64,000 nucleotides of DNA from Chiloscyllium plagiosum (taxonomy: Eukaryota): contig NC_057720.1 in assembly GCF_004010195.1 (NCBI RefSeq), positions 6,984,031 through 7,048,030 on the forward strand. Direction: 5' to 3'. Shown here piece by piece: positions 1 through 13,854 of the stretch (positions within the stretch are counted from its first letter, which is position 1; each line of letters opens with the position of its first letter). The position numbers were made by a program, and so were the translations under genes. The notes under the pieces are model-generated. The model did no database searches. It was given only the letters and a program-made list of their open reading frames with translations, and had not been told where the DNA came from.

Positions 1-1077
1 GCCCGAAACGTCGAAGTTTCCCTTCATGTCAGTATGATCAGCAGTTGGAAATGGAACCCACATCAACCATTGGGAGTGGACCCCCAGAACGGTTGAAGAT
101 ACAGTGATGGCGACAGGATCTTTTAGGAATCAATGCTATGATAGGATGGCCTGAGCATGCTTTTACTCATTCGGCACTAATCTTGAGGAGTGAAGAAAAG
201 ATTTCCAGCTTGTCCCTGAATGATAAAACTCTGTAGATAAACCTCATCATTTTGACAAAACTCTTGGCAACAGAAAGAGAGAGAAGAAAAATCATCAAGA
301 ATCAGGTGAAGGAAACCCTAAGGGTTCCCTGAAAAGTGGGTGCTGTAAATGTAATTTCTAATTAAACATTAGATTGTGAAGATTAAGATAATGCTTGTCC
401 AAGATCTGGCATTACTTTGCATAATGATGTATTAGTTTTTAAGACATCCCCTTAAGGTGGCACTATCCCACATGTACCTCATTTGCATAGCAGCATTGCC
501 GCTAATTAGAGTGGGCTGGCCAATGTTGATAATTATACAATCTGCCCATCTTGCTATTATATCCGCCTGATTGCTTCGCATCTGACATTTCCATTTAATT
601 AATAACTGTTGCCAAAATTAAAGATTTTTATTTTTAAAATGATCTAATTCATTTTCACATTTGGAGTTTATAAATCCTGCATTAGACAGCTATTTCTGGA
701 AAGTCATTCTTTCCTGATAATGTCGCATTGCTACAAAATGAGATTTTCATCCTGATGCTTTCCGTTGGCAGCCAGACAGAGATAAGAAAACCCGATCAAA
801 TTTTAACTGATTGAGTTATCTAGAGTTGCAATGAATGGCTTCTCTGCTCAGTCCCCATTCTTTCGGCTCTTGCAGAATTATGCAGGGTCACCCTGGTGAG
901 GTTTTGCTGTCACCTTGTAAGCTCTGCCCCATGGTATTGCAGCTCAGGTGGTATGTTGACCAGCCTGCCTGAATCAAACTGTTGTCGCAGGGAGTTTTCT
1001 AAAGCTTCTCATCCAAAAGTAGCTGATGCCACAGCAAAGACTGAGCTGCAGTGGCTCTCCCGCCAGTCCAAAACACA

Positions 1078-1510
1078 CAACATAGAACATAGAACATTAC
1101 AGCGCAGCACAGACCCTTCGGTCCTCGATGCTGTGCCGGCCTGTGGAACCAATCTGAAGTCCATCTAACCTACACTATTCCATTTTCATCCATATGACTA
1201 TCCAATGACCATTTAAATGCCCTTAAAGTTGGCGAGTCTACTACTGTTGCAGGCGGTGTGTTCCAGCCCCTACTACTCTCTGAGTAAAGACACTACCTCT
1301 AACATCTGTCCTATATCTATCACCCCTCAATTTAAAGCTATGTCCTCTCATGCTAGCCATCACCATCCAAGGAAAAAGGTTTTCATTATCTACCCGATCA
1401 AATATTTTGATTATGTTGCATGTCTCAATTAAGTCACCCCTCAACTTTCTTCTCTCAAACAAAAACAGCCTCAAGTCCCTCAGCCTTTCCTCAGAAGACC
1501 TTCCCTCCAT
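1078..1510 (-). mobile_element. CR1 3' fragment
   Basis: (catagaa)n tail; EGRSSEERLRDLRLF...LRGDLIETC...FTQRVVG. Confidence 0.9.
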
Positions 1511-1819
1511 TGCACATAGAACAGAACAGTCCCTGGTGCTGATCAAATCTCAAATCCAGGCAGTATTTGAGAAAACAAGCATCGCAGCCTTGGCTTAACT
1601 TCACTCTTACCACTCAAAAGGAAAGCAAAATTTTCTCCGCACTTCGTTCTCACATTAAACTCTGTTGCAACCAAAGAATTTGACAGCATTTGCCCCAGTC
1701 CTGATGAAGGGTTTCGGCCCGAAGCATCGATTTTCCTGGTCCTGTCTGACCCCATCTTCGTTGCACTGGAGGGAAAGCAGAGGCCCTCAATAATAGCGAA
1801 CAAAGCAAACTACTGATTC

Positions 1820-2050
1820 AAACAGGAAGTTGCTGGAGAAACTCAGCAGGTCTGGCAGCATCAGTGGAGAGAGTAACAAGGTTGACCTTTGCAGGTCATT
1901 ATGAGTTTTCTCCAGAACTGACCCTATTGATGAAAGGTAAACCTGAAACATTAACTTTGTTTACTCTCAGCAAATGCTGCCAAATCTGTTGAGTTTCTCC
2001 AGCAATTTCTGTTCTTGTTGCAGATTTCCAGCATCCACAGTTCTTAGTTC
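1820..2050. mobile_element. Short palindromic PLE-like family C element (other copies near 18665-18878, 24375-24485, 28030-28150, 28860-29000, 47330-47500, 48130-48200, 48300-48515)
   Basis: Inverted arms ttgctggagaaactcagcaggtctggcagcat / atgctgccaaatctgttgagtttctccagcaa; degenerate TGATGA..GAAAC cores. Confidence 0.7.
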
Positions 2051-3304
2051 ATAGTGAACAGCTAGTTAATTTGGTCTTTGTTATGCAGTGTTTTCTTTGA
2101 TGGTGGAATGGTGCCCAAGAACTGCAGATCCTACTTTTTGTTCAAATTTCTTTTTTATATTTAAAAAAAAACAGAAAAATAAAAGCTAGAGCCAACATTT
2201 AAAGTCTCAATTCTGAGGTGAGAGTTCTATCCAGCATTGTATTGGATCATTTTTCTGGTGTTGGATTCAGAAACCTTCTCTGGACTGACTCCAATGCCAT
2301 TTTATCATTCCATAGATAAGGGAACCCAGAACTTTTCACAGTCTTTCAGCTGTAATCAGGCCTGTGCCTTGTCTAGTTTTAGCAAAACCTCCCTATTCCA
2401 TTCCCTTTGAAATAAAGGCCAGCATTCCAGTTATCTCCCATTACCCAACAAAGCTGGATGCTCTGGTGGCTCAGTGGTCAACAATACTACCTCACAGCAC
2501 CAAAGAGCTAAGTTCAATGCCAGCCTCGGGTGACCCTTTATGTAGAGTTTGCATGTTCTCCCCATGTCTGTCTGGGTTAGAATCATAGAGTCATAGAACC
2601 CCTCCAGTGAGGGCGCAGGCCATTTGACCCATCGGGTCTTCACCAACCCTCTGAAGAGCATCCCAACTAGACACACCCCATTACCCTATCCCTGCATTCC
2701 CCACCGCTAATCCACCTAACCTACACATCCCTGGACAATGTGGGCAATTTCCTATGGCCAATCCACCTAACCTGCACATCTTTGGGCTGTGGGAGGAAAC
2801 CAGAGCACCCATGGGGAGAATGTGCAAACTCCACATGGACAGTTGACTGAGGGTGTTTTCTGCTGGGCGCTCTGTTTTCCTCCCAGAGATGTGCAGGTGA
2901 GATGGATTGGCCAGGCTAGATTGCCCATAGTGCCCAGGGGTGTACAGGCTTGGTGGGTTAGCCATGGGAAATACGGGGATAGGGTCGGGAGCTAAGTCTG
3001 GGTGGGATGCTCTTTGGAAGGTCGCTGAAGACTTGATCTGATTTATCATTGTCACATGTACTGAGATACAGTGGGAAGTATTGTTTTGTGTGCTAACTAC
3101 ACAAACCATACTGCCTCTTTGCGCACTGTAGCGATTCCAAACAATCAGAGATAGAATTGGAGTTTTCGACAGCCTGTCTGAATCAGGTTTAAATATCATA
3201 CTGTGAAAGTCACCTGCCTGCTACTTTCTTACCACATATCTCAATCCCTTTATCTCTAGATGTGTAACTAGTTCCCTCTTTAATAGAGTGATACTGCCTG
3301 GCCA

Positions 3305-3655
3305 GAACAGAAGGAATAGGAAAAGGAGTGGGTTATTTGGTTCTTTAAGCCTACTCTGCATTTAGTAGGATCGTGGCTGATCCAACATTCTCCACTTACT
3401 CTTTTGCCATAACCCTGATTCCCTGAATGATCAAGAGTCTATCTTACCCTTAAATATACACAAGGACTCTGCCGCCACAGGTCTCTGTGGTAAGGAGTTC
3501 CAAAGACTCACAACCCTCTGAGAGAAGAAATCCCTCCGTATCTCAGTCTTAAGTCGGTGCCCCTTTATTCTGAGACTATGCCCTCTGCTCCTAGACTCTC
3601 CCATAAGGGGAAACATCCTCTCACCATTTACACTGTCAAGGTCCTTAAGAATCCT
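3305..3655 (-). mobile_element. CR1 3' fragment
   Basis: RMFPLMGESRSRGHSLRIKG...FFSQRVVSLWNSLP. Confidence 0.85.
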
Positions 3656-5470
3656 AGAGGTAGCACAGTGGCTCAGCAGTTCGCTCTGCTGCCTCTCAGT
3701 GCCAGAGACCTGGGTTCGATTCCGGTCTTGGTATGGAGTTTGCACATTCTCTCCATATCCTTGTGGATTTCCTCCCACAATCCAAAGGTGTGCTCATCAG
3801 GTGAAGCGGCCAGGTTAAATTGCCCATAATGTTAGGTGCATTAGTCAGGGGTAAATACAGAATAGGGAAATGGGTCTGGGTGAGTTTCTCTTCAGAGAGT
3901 TGGTGTGGACTTGTTGGGTCAAATGGTCTGTTTCCATACTATAGAGAATCAAATCCAATCAAATTCAACGATGTGCCGGCCATGCTAATTGCCTATTGTA
4001 TTCAGGGATGTATAGGTTAGGTGCATTAGTCGGGGGTAAATGTACAGTAACAGGGTAGGGGAATGAGTCTGGGTGGGTTACTCCTCCAAGGGTCGGTGTG
4101 GACTTGTTGGGCCGAATGGCCTGTTTCCACACTGTAGGGATTTTATTTTATGATTTCAATGAAATGTTGCAATGGCTTTGAATGTCAGCATGTCTTTATC
4201 TTTTTCAAGTGTCTGAGTCTAGCCCCTAACTTCTTAAACTTGTGCTTCAACTCTTGACTGTTAAGAAAGGGATTTGCCTTCAGCCATGGTGGTAGACTTG
4301 AAACTTTGGTGAGGTTGTACAGTTCTTCCATATCTAATGAAGAACAAGTTGGTTTGATCTTCAGCTCCTTTTATGATAGTTTTGATGTGAAATAATTTGG
4401 CAAAAAGTGTTGAGGGTCTTTCTTTAAGACTCAAAATGGTTAGAAACTAAAATGCAAGAATTTGGCTTTGAAACTTTGGCCTGCTGGGGATGATTGCTCA
4501 CAGACTGAACATTTCACATACAAATGAATTTGTTCAACTGGCAAATTATGAAATAAAAGCCGGAGTGTTGATTTCTCGGACCACGTAACAGAATGAATTA
4601 TTTTCTTTTCAAAGTCTGCTTTCTTCATCATCATAAAGTTTTAGGCTTGATCTCAGTGTCAGTGCCTGGCTCCAAGTCAGAACGTAGTGGCTTTGAGCCC
4701 TGTTCCAGGAACTGAGCAAATAATCTTGCTGGGTCTTTCATCTCATTGTGCTTGGTGGATCTTGAAGTACACAGATGGACTACTGTGTTTGTCTGCAGTG
4801 ATTAGACCATACAACCATAGGAAATCGGAACAGGGTAGGCAGTTTGGCACCTCGAGTGAGCTCTGCCATTCAAAAGGATCTTGGCTCATCCAACATTCCT
4901 CACTTCCATTCTTCTGGTCCTTTTTCTGTAACTCTTGATTCCCCAACTGATCAAGAATCTATCTATCTCAGCCTTAAACATACACGAGGACTGTGCCCCT
5001 GCAACTTTCTGTGACAAGGAGTTCCAAACACACAGAGCCCTTTGAGAGAAGAAACTCAAAGTGCAAAGAACAGTATTGCACAGGAACAGGTCTCCTGATA
5101 CCTTTCGAAACTAAAAACCCTTTGCTTCCTCAGCTCCGTCTTAAATTGGTGCCCCTTTCTTCTGAGATTGTGCCCTCTAATCCTAAACTCTCCCATGAGG
5201 GGAAACATCCTGTCAAGCCCTTGAAGATTCTGATATAGTCATACAGCACAAAAATAGACCCTTCGATCCAGCCAGTCCATGCCGACCATAATCCCAAACT
5301 AAATGAGTCCGATCTGTTTGTGTTTGGCCCATATCCCTCCAAACCTTTCCTATTCATGAACTTATCCAAAGGCCTTTTAAATGTTGTAACTGTACCAACA
5401 TCCACCACTTTTTCTGGCAGTTCATTCATACACAAGCTCCCCTCTGTGTAAAAGATTGCCCATCATGTCT

Positions 5471-7148
5471 TAGAGTCAAAAAGTCATAGAGCTGTACAGC
5501 ATGGAAACAGATGAAGGGCTTTTGCACGAAATGTCAATTCTCCTGCTCCTCAGATGCTGCCAGGCCTGCTGTGCTTTTCCAGCACCACACTGATGACTCT
5601 GAACTCCGGCATCTGCAGTCCTCACTTTCTCCTAGATTCTTCGGACCAACCCATCCATGTCGACCAGATATTCCAACCTAATCTAGTCCCATTTGCCAGC
5701 ATCCAGCACATATCCCTCCAAACCCTTCCTATTCATATTACCATCCGGATGCCTTTTAAATGTTGCAATTGTACCAGCCTCCATCACTTCCTCCGGCAGC
5801 TCATTCCATACACACCATCACCAGCAGCATGAAAACGTTGCCCCTTAGGTCTCTTTTATATCTTTCCCCTCTCACCCTAAACCTATGCTCTTTAGTTCTG
5901 GACTCCCCCATCCCAGGGAAAAGACTTTGTCTATTCATCCTATCCATGCTCCTCATGATTTTATAAACCTCTATAAGGTCACCTCTCAGCCTTCGATGCT
6001 CCAGGGAAAACAGCCCCAGCCTGTTCAGCTTCTCCCTATAGCTCAGATCCTCCAACCTTGGCAACATCCTTGTAAATCTTTTCTGAACCATTTCAAGTTT
6101 CACAACATTTTTCCGATAGGAAGCAAAACAGAATTGCACACAATATTCCAAAAGTAGCCTAATTGTGTCCTGTACAGCTGCAATATGACCTCCCAACTCC
6201 TGTACTCAATACTCTGACCAATGAAGAAAAGCTTACCAAATGCCTTCTTCACTATCCGATCTACCTGATACATTAAATTTAAAGGAGCTATGAACCTGCA
6301 CTCCAAGGTCTATTTGTTCAGCAACACTCCCTCAGAGAAGTAACAAAGAGGATTGATGAGGGCAGAGCGGTAGAGGTGATCTATATTGAGTCAAGAGTGT
6401 GGTGCTGGAAAAGCACAGCAGATCAGGCAACATCTGAGGGGCGGGAGAATCGACCTTTTGAGCAAATTGACTTTGATGTTCAAACCTCATTCCTGATGAA
6501 GGGCTTTTGCACGAAATGTCAATTCTCCTGCTCCTCAGATGCTGCCAGACTTGCTGTGCTTTTCCAGCACCACACTCATGACTCTGATCTCCAGCATCTG
6601 CAGTCCTCACTTTCTCCTAGGTGATCTATATGGACTTCAGTAAGGCGTTCAACAAGGTACCCCTTTGGAGACTGGTTATCAAGGTTAGATCTCATGGAAT
6701 ACAGGGAGTATTAGCCATCTGGATACAGATACAGGGTGGTGTTGGAGGGTTGCTTTTCAGACTGGAGGCCTGTGACCAGTGGAGTGCCACAAGGATGGCC
6801 CACTACTTTTTGTCATTTATATAAATGATTTGGATGTGAACACAGGATATATAGTTAGTAACTTTGCAGATGACACCAAAATTGGAGGTGCAGTGGACAG
6901 CAACTAAGGTTACCTCGGAGTTCAATGGGATCTTGATCAGATGGGCCAATGGGTTAAGGAATGGCAGATAGAGTTTAATTTAGATAAATGTGAGGTGCTG
7001 CATTTTGGAAAAGCAAATCAGAGCAGGACTTATACACTAAACCATAAGATCTTAATGGTAAGGGCCTAGGGAGTGTTGCTGAACAAAGAGACCTTGGAGT
7101 GCAGGTTCATAGCTCCTTGAAAGTGGAGTAGCAGGAATATAGGATAGT
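5471..7148 (-). mobile_element. CR1 LINE with inverted 5' part (3' part minus 5471-6331; inverted RT part plus 6334-7148)
   Basis: Minus part runs from the tail to GSVAEQ.DLGV. Plus part runs from DEGRAVEVIYMDFSKAF to the same GSVAEQRDLGV region. Confidence 0.85.
6387..6618. mobile_element. Short palindromic PLE-derived element (family A) inserted in a CR1 RT
   Basis: Inverted arms (gagtgtggtgctggaaaagcacagca / tgctgtgcttttccagcaccacactc), hammerhead core at 6493-6520, 13-bp TSD aggtgatctatat at 6374-6386 and 6619-6631. Confidence 0.85.
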
Positions 7149-8270
7149 TCTTTGACTCTTTCTCCCCTCACCTTCAAAATATACCCCCTGGTCTTGGAAT
7201 CTCCTACCTTAGGGAAGAGACACCTGCCATTCACTTTATCTATACCCCTCATGATTTTATAAACTTCTATATGGTTGCCCATCAAACTCCTATGCTCAAG
7301 TGAAAGAAATCCTATACACCCTACTCAGTCTCTCTTTATAACCCAAATCCTCCATTCCCGGCAAAACACTGATAAATCTTTTCTGAACCCTCTCCAACTT
7401 AATAATATCCTTCCTATAACAGGGCGACCAGAATTGGACACAGTACTCCAGAAGAGGCCTCACTAATGTCCTGTATCACCTCAACATGACGTTCCAACTC
7501 CGATATTCAAAGCTCTGAGCAATGAAGGCAAGCATGCCAAACACGTTCAATGAGATTACCTCTCATTCTCCTAAGCTCCGGTGATTAGAGTCCCAAACTG
7601 TTTCACCTTTGTTCATAAGGCAATCCTTCTAAACCGAGGACCACCGTCGTGAACCTTCTCTGAACTGCCTCCAATGAAATGCTATCTTTTCTAAAATAAG
7701 GGGACTAAAACTATAATTCTGCAGCTGCAAGGCAATTCAGACACCCTGGCAGAGTGCAGGATATTGCATGAATGCAGGTATTGCTTACTCACTCATCAAT
7801 TGATAAGGTCTAATATAATGCACTGTTCCTAAATATGACACTCACAAGCAACTTTCACCTTCAGTTTTTATTTTGGGTTCCTCGGTGTTTAATCTCTTGG
7901 ATGGCTCCAGGTCAGTTCTCATTATTCTTTATGACGAAGAATCATTCTGTTATGTAAATGGGTGTACGTGACACAAATGGGGAGATGGTATACAAATTGG
8001 TAAACATTATACAAACTAGTATGCATTCTACAGGAAGGATATGGGTCAAGGACAGGCAGAAGTGATGAGTTTAATTGGACGTCATGTACAGCACAACATC
8101 ATGGGTCGTAGAGCCTGTTCCTAGGCTGCACTGTTCTATGTTCTATACAAATTGGTATACACCATAAAAATGAGTATTCATTAAACAAATTAGTGTACAT
8201 TATACATTAGGTATGCTTTCCACAGATTGATAATTCAGTCACATTTAGTTTAGTGATGGAAAGTGATAGG

Positions 8271-10432
8271 TACATGCTACAGATCAAGAATTATTGATGG
8301 GGCAAGGGCAATTATAATGCGATTAGGCAAGAATTAGGATGCATATAATGGGGTAGCAAAATGCAGGGGATGCAGACAATGGAAATGTGGAGCTGGTTTA
8401 AGGAACAGATATTGCGTGTCCTTGATAGGTATGTCCCTGTCAGGCAGGGAGGAAGTGATAAGGTAAGGGAACCGTGGTTTACTACAGAAATTGCATCTCT
8501 CGTTACAAAGAAGAAGGAGGCTTATGTGTTGATGAGGCAAGATGGTTCAGATGAGGCGATGGAGAGTTACAGATCAGCGAGGAAAGATTTAAAGAGAGAG
8601 TTAAGAAGAGCAAAGAGAGGACACGAGCAGTCTTTAGCCAGTAGAATAAAGGAGAACCCTAAAGCTTTCTATAGATATGTGAGGAATAAAAGGATGACTA
8701 GGATAGGAATAGGGCCAGTCAAAGACAGAAGTGGGAAGTTGAGTGTGGACCCTGTGGAGATCAGAGAGGTGCTAAACGAACATTTCTCATCGGTTTTCAC
8801 TCCAGAAAAGGAGAATAGTGTTGAGGAGAAGAATGAGGTACGAGATATTAGACTAGAAAGGATCGAGGTTAGTTAACAATTCTAGAAGGAGTGATAGTAG
8901 ACAAGTCCCCTGGGCCAGATGGGATTTATCTGAGGATTCTCTGGGAAGCTAGAGAGGAGTTGGCAGAGCCTTTGGCTTTGATATTTGAGTCGTCATTGTC
9001 TACAGGTTTAGTACCAGAGGACTGGAGGATTGCAAATGTTGTGCCCTTGTTCAAGAAGTGCAGTAGAGATGACCCAGGTAATTACAGACCAGAGAGCCTT
9101 ACTTCTGTTGTAGGAAGGGTTTTAGAAAGGATTATAAGAGATAAGATTTATAATCATCTCGCAAGCAATGATTTGATTTCAGATAGTCAACATGGTTTCG
9201 TCAAGGGTAGGTCGTGTCTCACAAACCTCATTCAGTTTTTTGAGAAGGTGACCAAGCATGTAGATGAAGGTAGGGCAGTTGACGTGGTATACATGGACTT
9301 TAGTAAAGCCTTTGATAAGGTTCCACATGGTAGGCTGTTGAAGAAAATGCAGAGGCATGGAATTGAGGGTGATTTAGCAGTTTGGATTAGAAACTGGCTT
9401 TCTGAAAGAAGGCAGCGAGTGGTGGTTGATGGAAAATATTCAGCCTGGAGTCCAGTTACCACAAGGATCTGTTTTGGGACCATTGCTATTTGTCATTTTT
9501 ATAAATGACTTAAACGCCGGCATAGGTGGATGGATTAGTAAATTTGCAGGCGACACTAAAGTCAGTGGCGTAGTGGACAGTTTGTAAGAATGTTACAGGT
9601 TGCAGGAGGACTTGGATAAACTGCAGAATTGGGCTGAGAGATGGCAAATGGAGTTCAATGCAGCTAAATGTGAAGTGTTGCACTTTGGGAAGAATAACAG
9701 GAAGGCAGAATACTGGGTCAATGGAAAGATTCTTGGTAGTGTGGATGTGCAGAGGGATCTTGGAGTCCATGTGCATAAATCCCTGAAAGTTGCCACCCAG
9801 GTTGATAGTGCTGTTAAGAAGGCATGCGGTGTGTTAGGTTTCATTCGTAGAGGGATTGAGTTCTGGAGCCGCAATATCATGCTGCAACTATACAAAACGC
9901 TGGTGTGGCCACACTTGGAATATTGTGTACAGTTCTGGTCCCCATATTTCAGGAAGGATGTGGAAGCATTGGAAAAGGTGCACAGGAGATTTACCAGGAT
10001 GTTGTCTGGTCTGGAGGGAAGGTCTTATGAAGAAAAGTTGAGAGACTAGAACCTGTTCTCATTGGCAAGAAGAAGGCTAAGAGGGGATTTGATAGAGACA
10101 TACAAGATGATCAGTGAATTAGATAGGGTAGACAGTGAAAGTCTTTTCCCTAGGATGATGACGTCAGCTTGTACGAGGGAGGGCATAAGTACAAATTGAG
10201 GGGTAATAGATTTAAGACATTGGCAGGTTCTTTACGCACAGAATGGTAAGGACGTGGAATGCCCTACCTGCTAATGTAGGCAACTCAGCCACATTAGGGA
10301 GATTTAAACAATCCTTAGATAAGCACATGAGTGATTTTGGGATAGTGTAGGGGGAACGAGCTGAGAATAGTTCACAGGTCGGCGCAACATCGAGGGCCGA
10401 AGGGCCTGATCTGCGCTGTATTGTTCTATGTT
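8271..10432 (+). mobile_element. CR1 (HER1-like) LINE, 5'-truncated, decayed ORF2 with RT domain and 3' tail
   Basis: KENPKAFYRYVRNKR, KSPGPDGIY, WRIANVVPLFKK, QHGFVKGRSCLTNL, VDVVYMDFSKAFDKVPH, QMEFNAAKCEVLHFG, LEYCVQFWSP; stops and frameshifts; ends ...tattgttctatgttc. Confidence 0.95.
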
Positions 10433-11796
10433 CGCTATATACCTTCTATCCATTTAAGATTGCAAACTCAGATCTGGTGTATTCCTGGAGATGTAAGCGC
10501 TTGACTAGTGTGGCTCATTGGCTCAGTGGTTAGCATTGCTACCTCCCAGCACTAAGGACACAGGTTCAATTCCACCCTTCGGAGGCTGTCTGTGGGGAGC
10601 TTGCACATTCCCCTGTGTCTGCCTGGGTTTCTTCCTGGTGCTCCAGTTTCCTCCCACAGTCCAAAGATGTGCAGGTTTGGTGGATTGGCCAGTCTAAATT
10701 TCCCATATTGTTCAGTGATGTGCAAGCTAGGTGGGTTAGCTATGGAAAATATATGATGGGCCTGAATGGGATGCTCTTTGGTGGTGGGTTTGGTGTGGAC
10801 CAGTTGGGCCAAATGGCCTGTTTCCACACTATTAGGATTCTATGACCACCTATTAAAAATTGCCCCATTTTCACACTTGACCATTGGTTACCCAGCCAAC
10901 CATGCTCACCGTTCCCTGCACCCCTCCACCACCCCACCACCCCACCACCCCGACAGTCAATTCAAAAGTGAGAAGCTTCATCATTGACCAATTAGGCAAT
11001 TTTTGCTGATCAGTCAAACAATACATCAGTAATATTTCAGAACTTGCTATGATCAGGTGAGATGGAGGATTTGGCTCCATCCCTTTTAAACACATTCTCA
11101 ATTGTAACAAATTACAATTCTTTTTTCACCGTAGTGATGAAACTCCATTTAAATTTAGCAAACCAGATCAAAATTGAAGGAAATCTAATTCCAAGATTTC
11201 TTGATTGAGAGTGCCATTTTCTTACCAACTATCCTGAGAAAATAATAAAAAGCAACATTAAACGCATACTCACAAACACAGGTAATAATGCTTTAAAATA
11301 AAGGATTGGGGAAGAAGATGTCTAGTATGGAAAGGAATAACAACAGCAAATGCAAAAATAGGGTTAGTGGATCCATTGGCTATAATATTCCAAAAGTCCC
11401 CGGAAGTGGGAAAGGCTGGAAAATGTCTAATTATTCAAAAAGACAGGGAGGCAGAAAGTACAGACCAATCCGTTTAACATCAGTCATTGGAAAATTGGTA
11501 GAATCCATTAGTAAGAAAATAATACAGCAAACTTTGTTTTAACCAGTGACTTATGAACCAGCGTTCTCAATAAACCTGGCAAAACTTATATACCTGAAAT
11601 ATCAGCCCTTTACGGTATTGTTGCAATCTTCATGCAGTCGGCTAAGGGTGTGTGTGAGAAGGCTTTCCACCGGCAAATTTTATTTAAGGCAAAGTTGCAT
11701 TATTATTTAAGTGATTTATGTTGTAAATAAAGTATATCAGTGATGTGTATACCCTCTGCATTACATTTTGATTACTTAGTGTGTGTTTTTACATTA

Positions 11797-13090
11797 AAGT
11801 GATAGAAGGTGACATCAGCAGTGCAATCAAGCAGCACCTGCTCAGCAATAACCTGCTCAGTGAGGCCCAGTTTGGGCACCGCCAGGGCCACTCAGCTCTT
11901 GACCTCATTACAGCCTTGGTTCAAACATGGACAAAAGAGCTGAATTCCAGAGGGGAGGTGAGAGTGACATCAAAGCAGCATTCAACCAAGTGTGGCATCA
12001 AGGAGCCTGAGCAAAACTAGAATCAATGTGTATTGGGGACAAACTGTCCGCTGTTGGAGTCATACCTGACACATATGAAGTTTGTCCATGGTTGTTGGAG
12101 GTCACCACTTCAGCTCCAGGACATCGCTACAGGGGTTTCTCAGGGTGGTCTCCTAGGCTCAACCATCTTCAGCTCCTTCATCAATGACCATCCCTCCACC
12201 TGTCAGAAGTGGGGATGTGCGTTGATGATTGCACAATGTTCAGCACCATTCACAACTCCTCAGAGACTGAAGCAGTTCATGTTCAAATGTAACAAGATCT
12301 GGACAATATCCAGGCTTGGGCTGACAAGGGGCAAATACCATTCACTCTACACAAATGCCAGGCAATGACCATCTCCAAAAAGAGACAATCTAACCACCAC
12401 CCCTTGACATTCAATGGTATTACCATAATTGAATCAACATCCTGGAGGTTTAACATTGACCAGAAATTCAAGTGGACTCCACAATGACTACAAGAACAGG
12501 TCAGAGGCTAGGAATACTGCAGTGAGTAGCTTACCTTCTGACTCCCCAGAGTCTGTCCACTGTCTACAAGGAACAAGTCAGGAGTGTGGCGGAATACTCT
12601 CTACTTGCCTGGATGGGTGCAGCTCCAACAACACTCAAGAAACAACACCACCCAGGACAAAGCAACCGCTTAATTGGCACCTCATCCACAAACATTTACA
12701 CCTTTTCCACTGATGCTCATTGCAGCAGTGCATACTATCTGCAAGCTGCACTCCAGAAACTCACTAAAGACCCATAGACAGCACTTTCCAAATCCATGAC
12801 CACTTCCATCGGGAAGGACAAGGGGAGCAGATACATGGAGACAACAGCCCCTGTAAATTCCCTTCCAAGCCACTCACCATCCTGACTTGGAAATATATCA
12901 TCATTCCTTCACTGTCACTGGGTCAAAATCCTGGAATTCGCTACCTGAGGGCATTTTGGGTCTACCTGCAGTGTATAGACTATAGCGGTTCAAGAAGGCA
13001 GCTTACCATTACCTTCTCAAGGACAACCAGGAGCAGTCAATAAACAATGGCTAGCCAGCGACACTCACATCCCATGAATGCATAAATAAT
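11797..13090 (+). mobile_element. Decayed LINE of a second CR1/L2-group family (RT to 3' end)
   Basis: AIKQHLLSNNLLSEAQFGHRQGHSALDLITALVQTWTKELNSRGEVRV, GVSQGGLLGSTIFSSFIND. Its 3' end (caataaa..tggctagccagcgacactcacatcccatgaatg) is shared with the second SINE family. Confidence 0.8.
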
Positions 13091-13854
13091 TTAAAAAAGA
13101 CAAAATATAATTAAGGCCAGAAATGTTTTCTCAATATCCCATGCAAACCTTCTACTGTTAGTGCAACAGCGCAAAAAATGTCTGTGTGCATGTGTTAGAC
13201 TTGTGGGTTAATATAATCTGGGATATGAACTGAATCAGAGTAGAATTAAGTCTCAACCCTAGGAGATCATATTCATTTTGGATCATCCTGATTCAAACTG
13301 AATGGAGAATCAGTTGGAGGGGATGTAATACTAATAGGCAGTACGCATCACTGAGCAATTCACTTGGCTCAATCCTTGAAATGCACCAAGGTTTACACGA
13401 CGCGATATTGAATCAGAACAGCACAAGGCAGCCACAGGTACAATGGTAGGCTGCTATGCCAACACAAGGAGAATCAGAAGCAGGTCAAAGTTACAAAACC
13501 GAGAGCATTTTCTCTTCAGTACCAAACAGCAGGTTTGATTCATACCAGAGATTTGAGAAGAAATTAAAATAAATTGTTGCTTAACTATCAGACTGCTTCT
13601 CCGGCAGCCAGCTCTGGAACAGAACGTTCCTCCAGTTAAATATATGGAAGCAATTGTTTTCAGTCAATATCCGTTCCCCACTTACTGATTCTAACCCTGT
13701 CGTTGGTAACTCTCATGCTAAAGCAGACTATTTTAAAATTGTCTTTGAGTAGTTCTTGACCATGGGTTGAACTCCAATCAACACCAATACTGGGACTGTC
13801 TACTTCCATCTCCATAACATCACCTACTTCATCCCTGTCTCAGTTCTCCCTTCT

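Larger units (their letters stand above)
4815..7710 (-). mobile_element. Two older CR1 3' fragments hosting the nest (4815-5232 + 7546-7710; 5235-5470 + 7149-7545)
   Basis: Each fragment resumes its CR1 sequence on the far side of the inner insertion. Confidence 0.7.
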
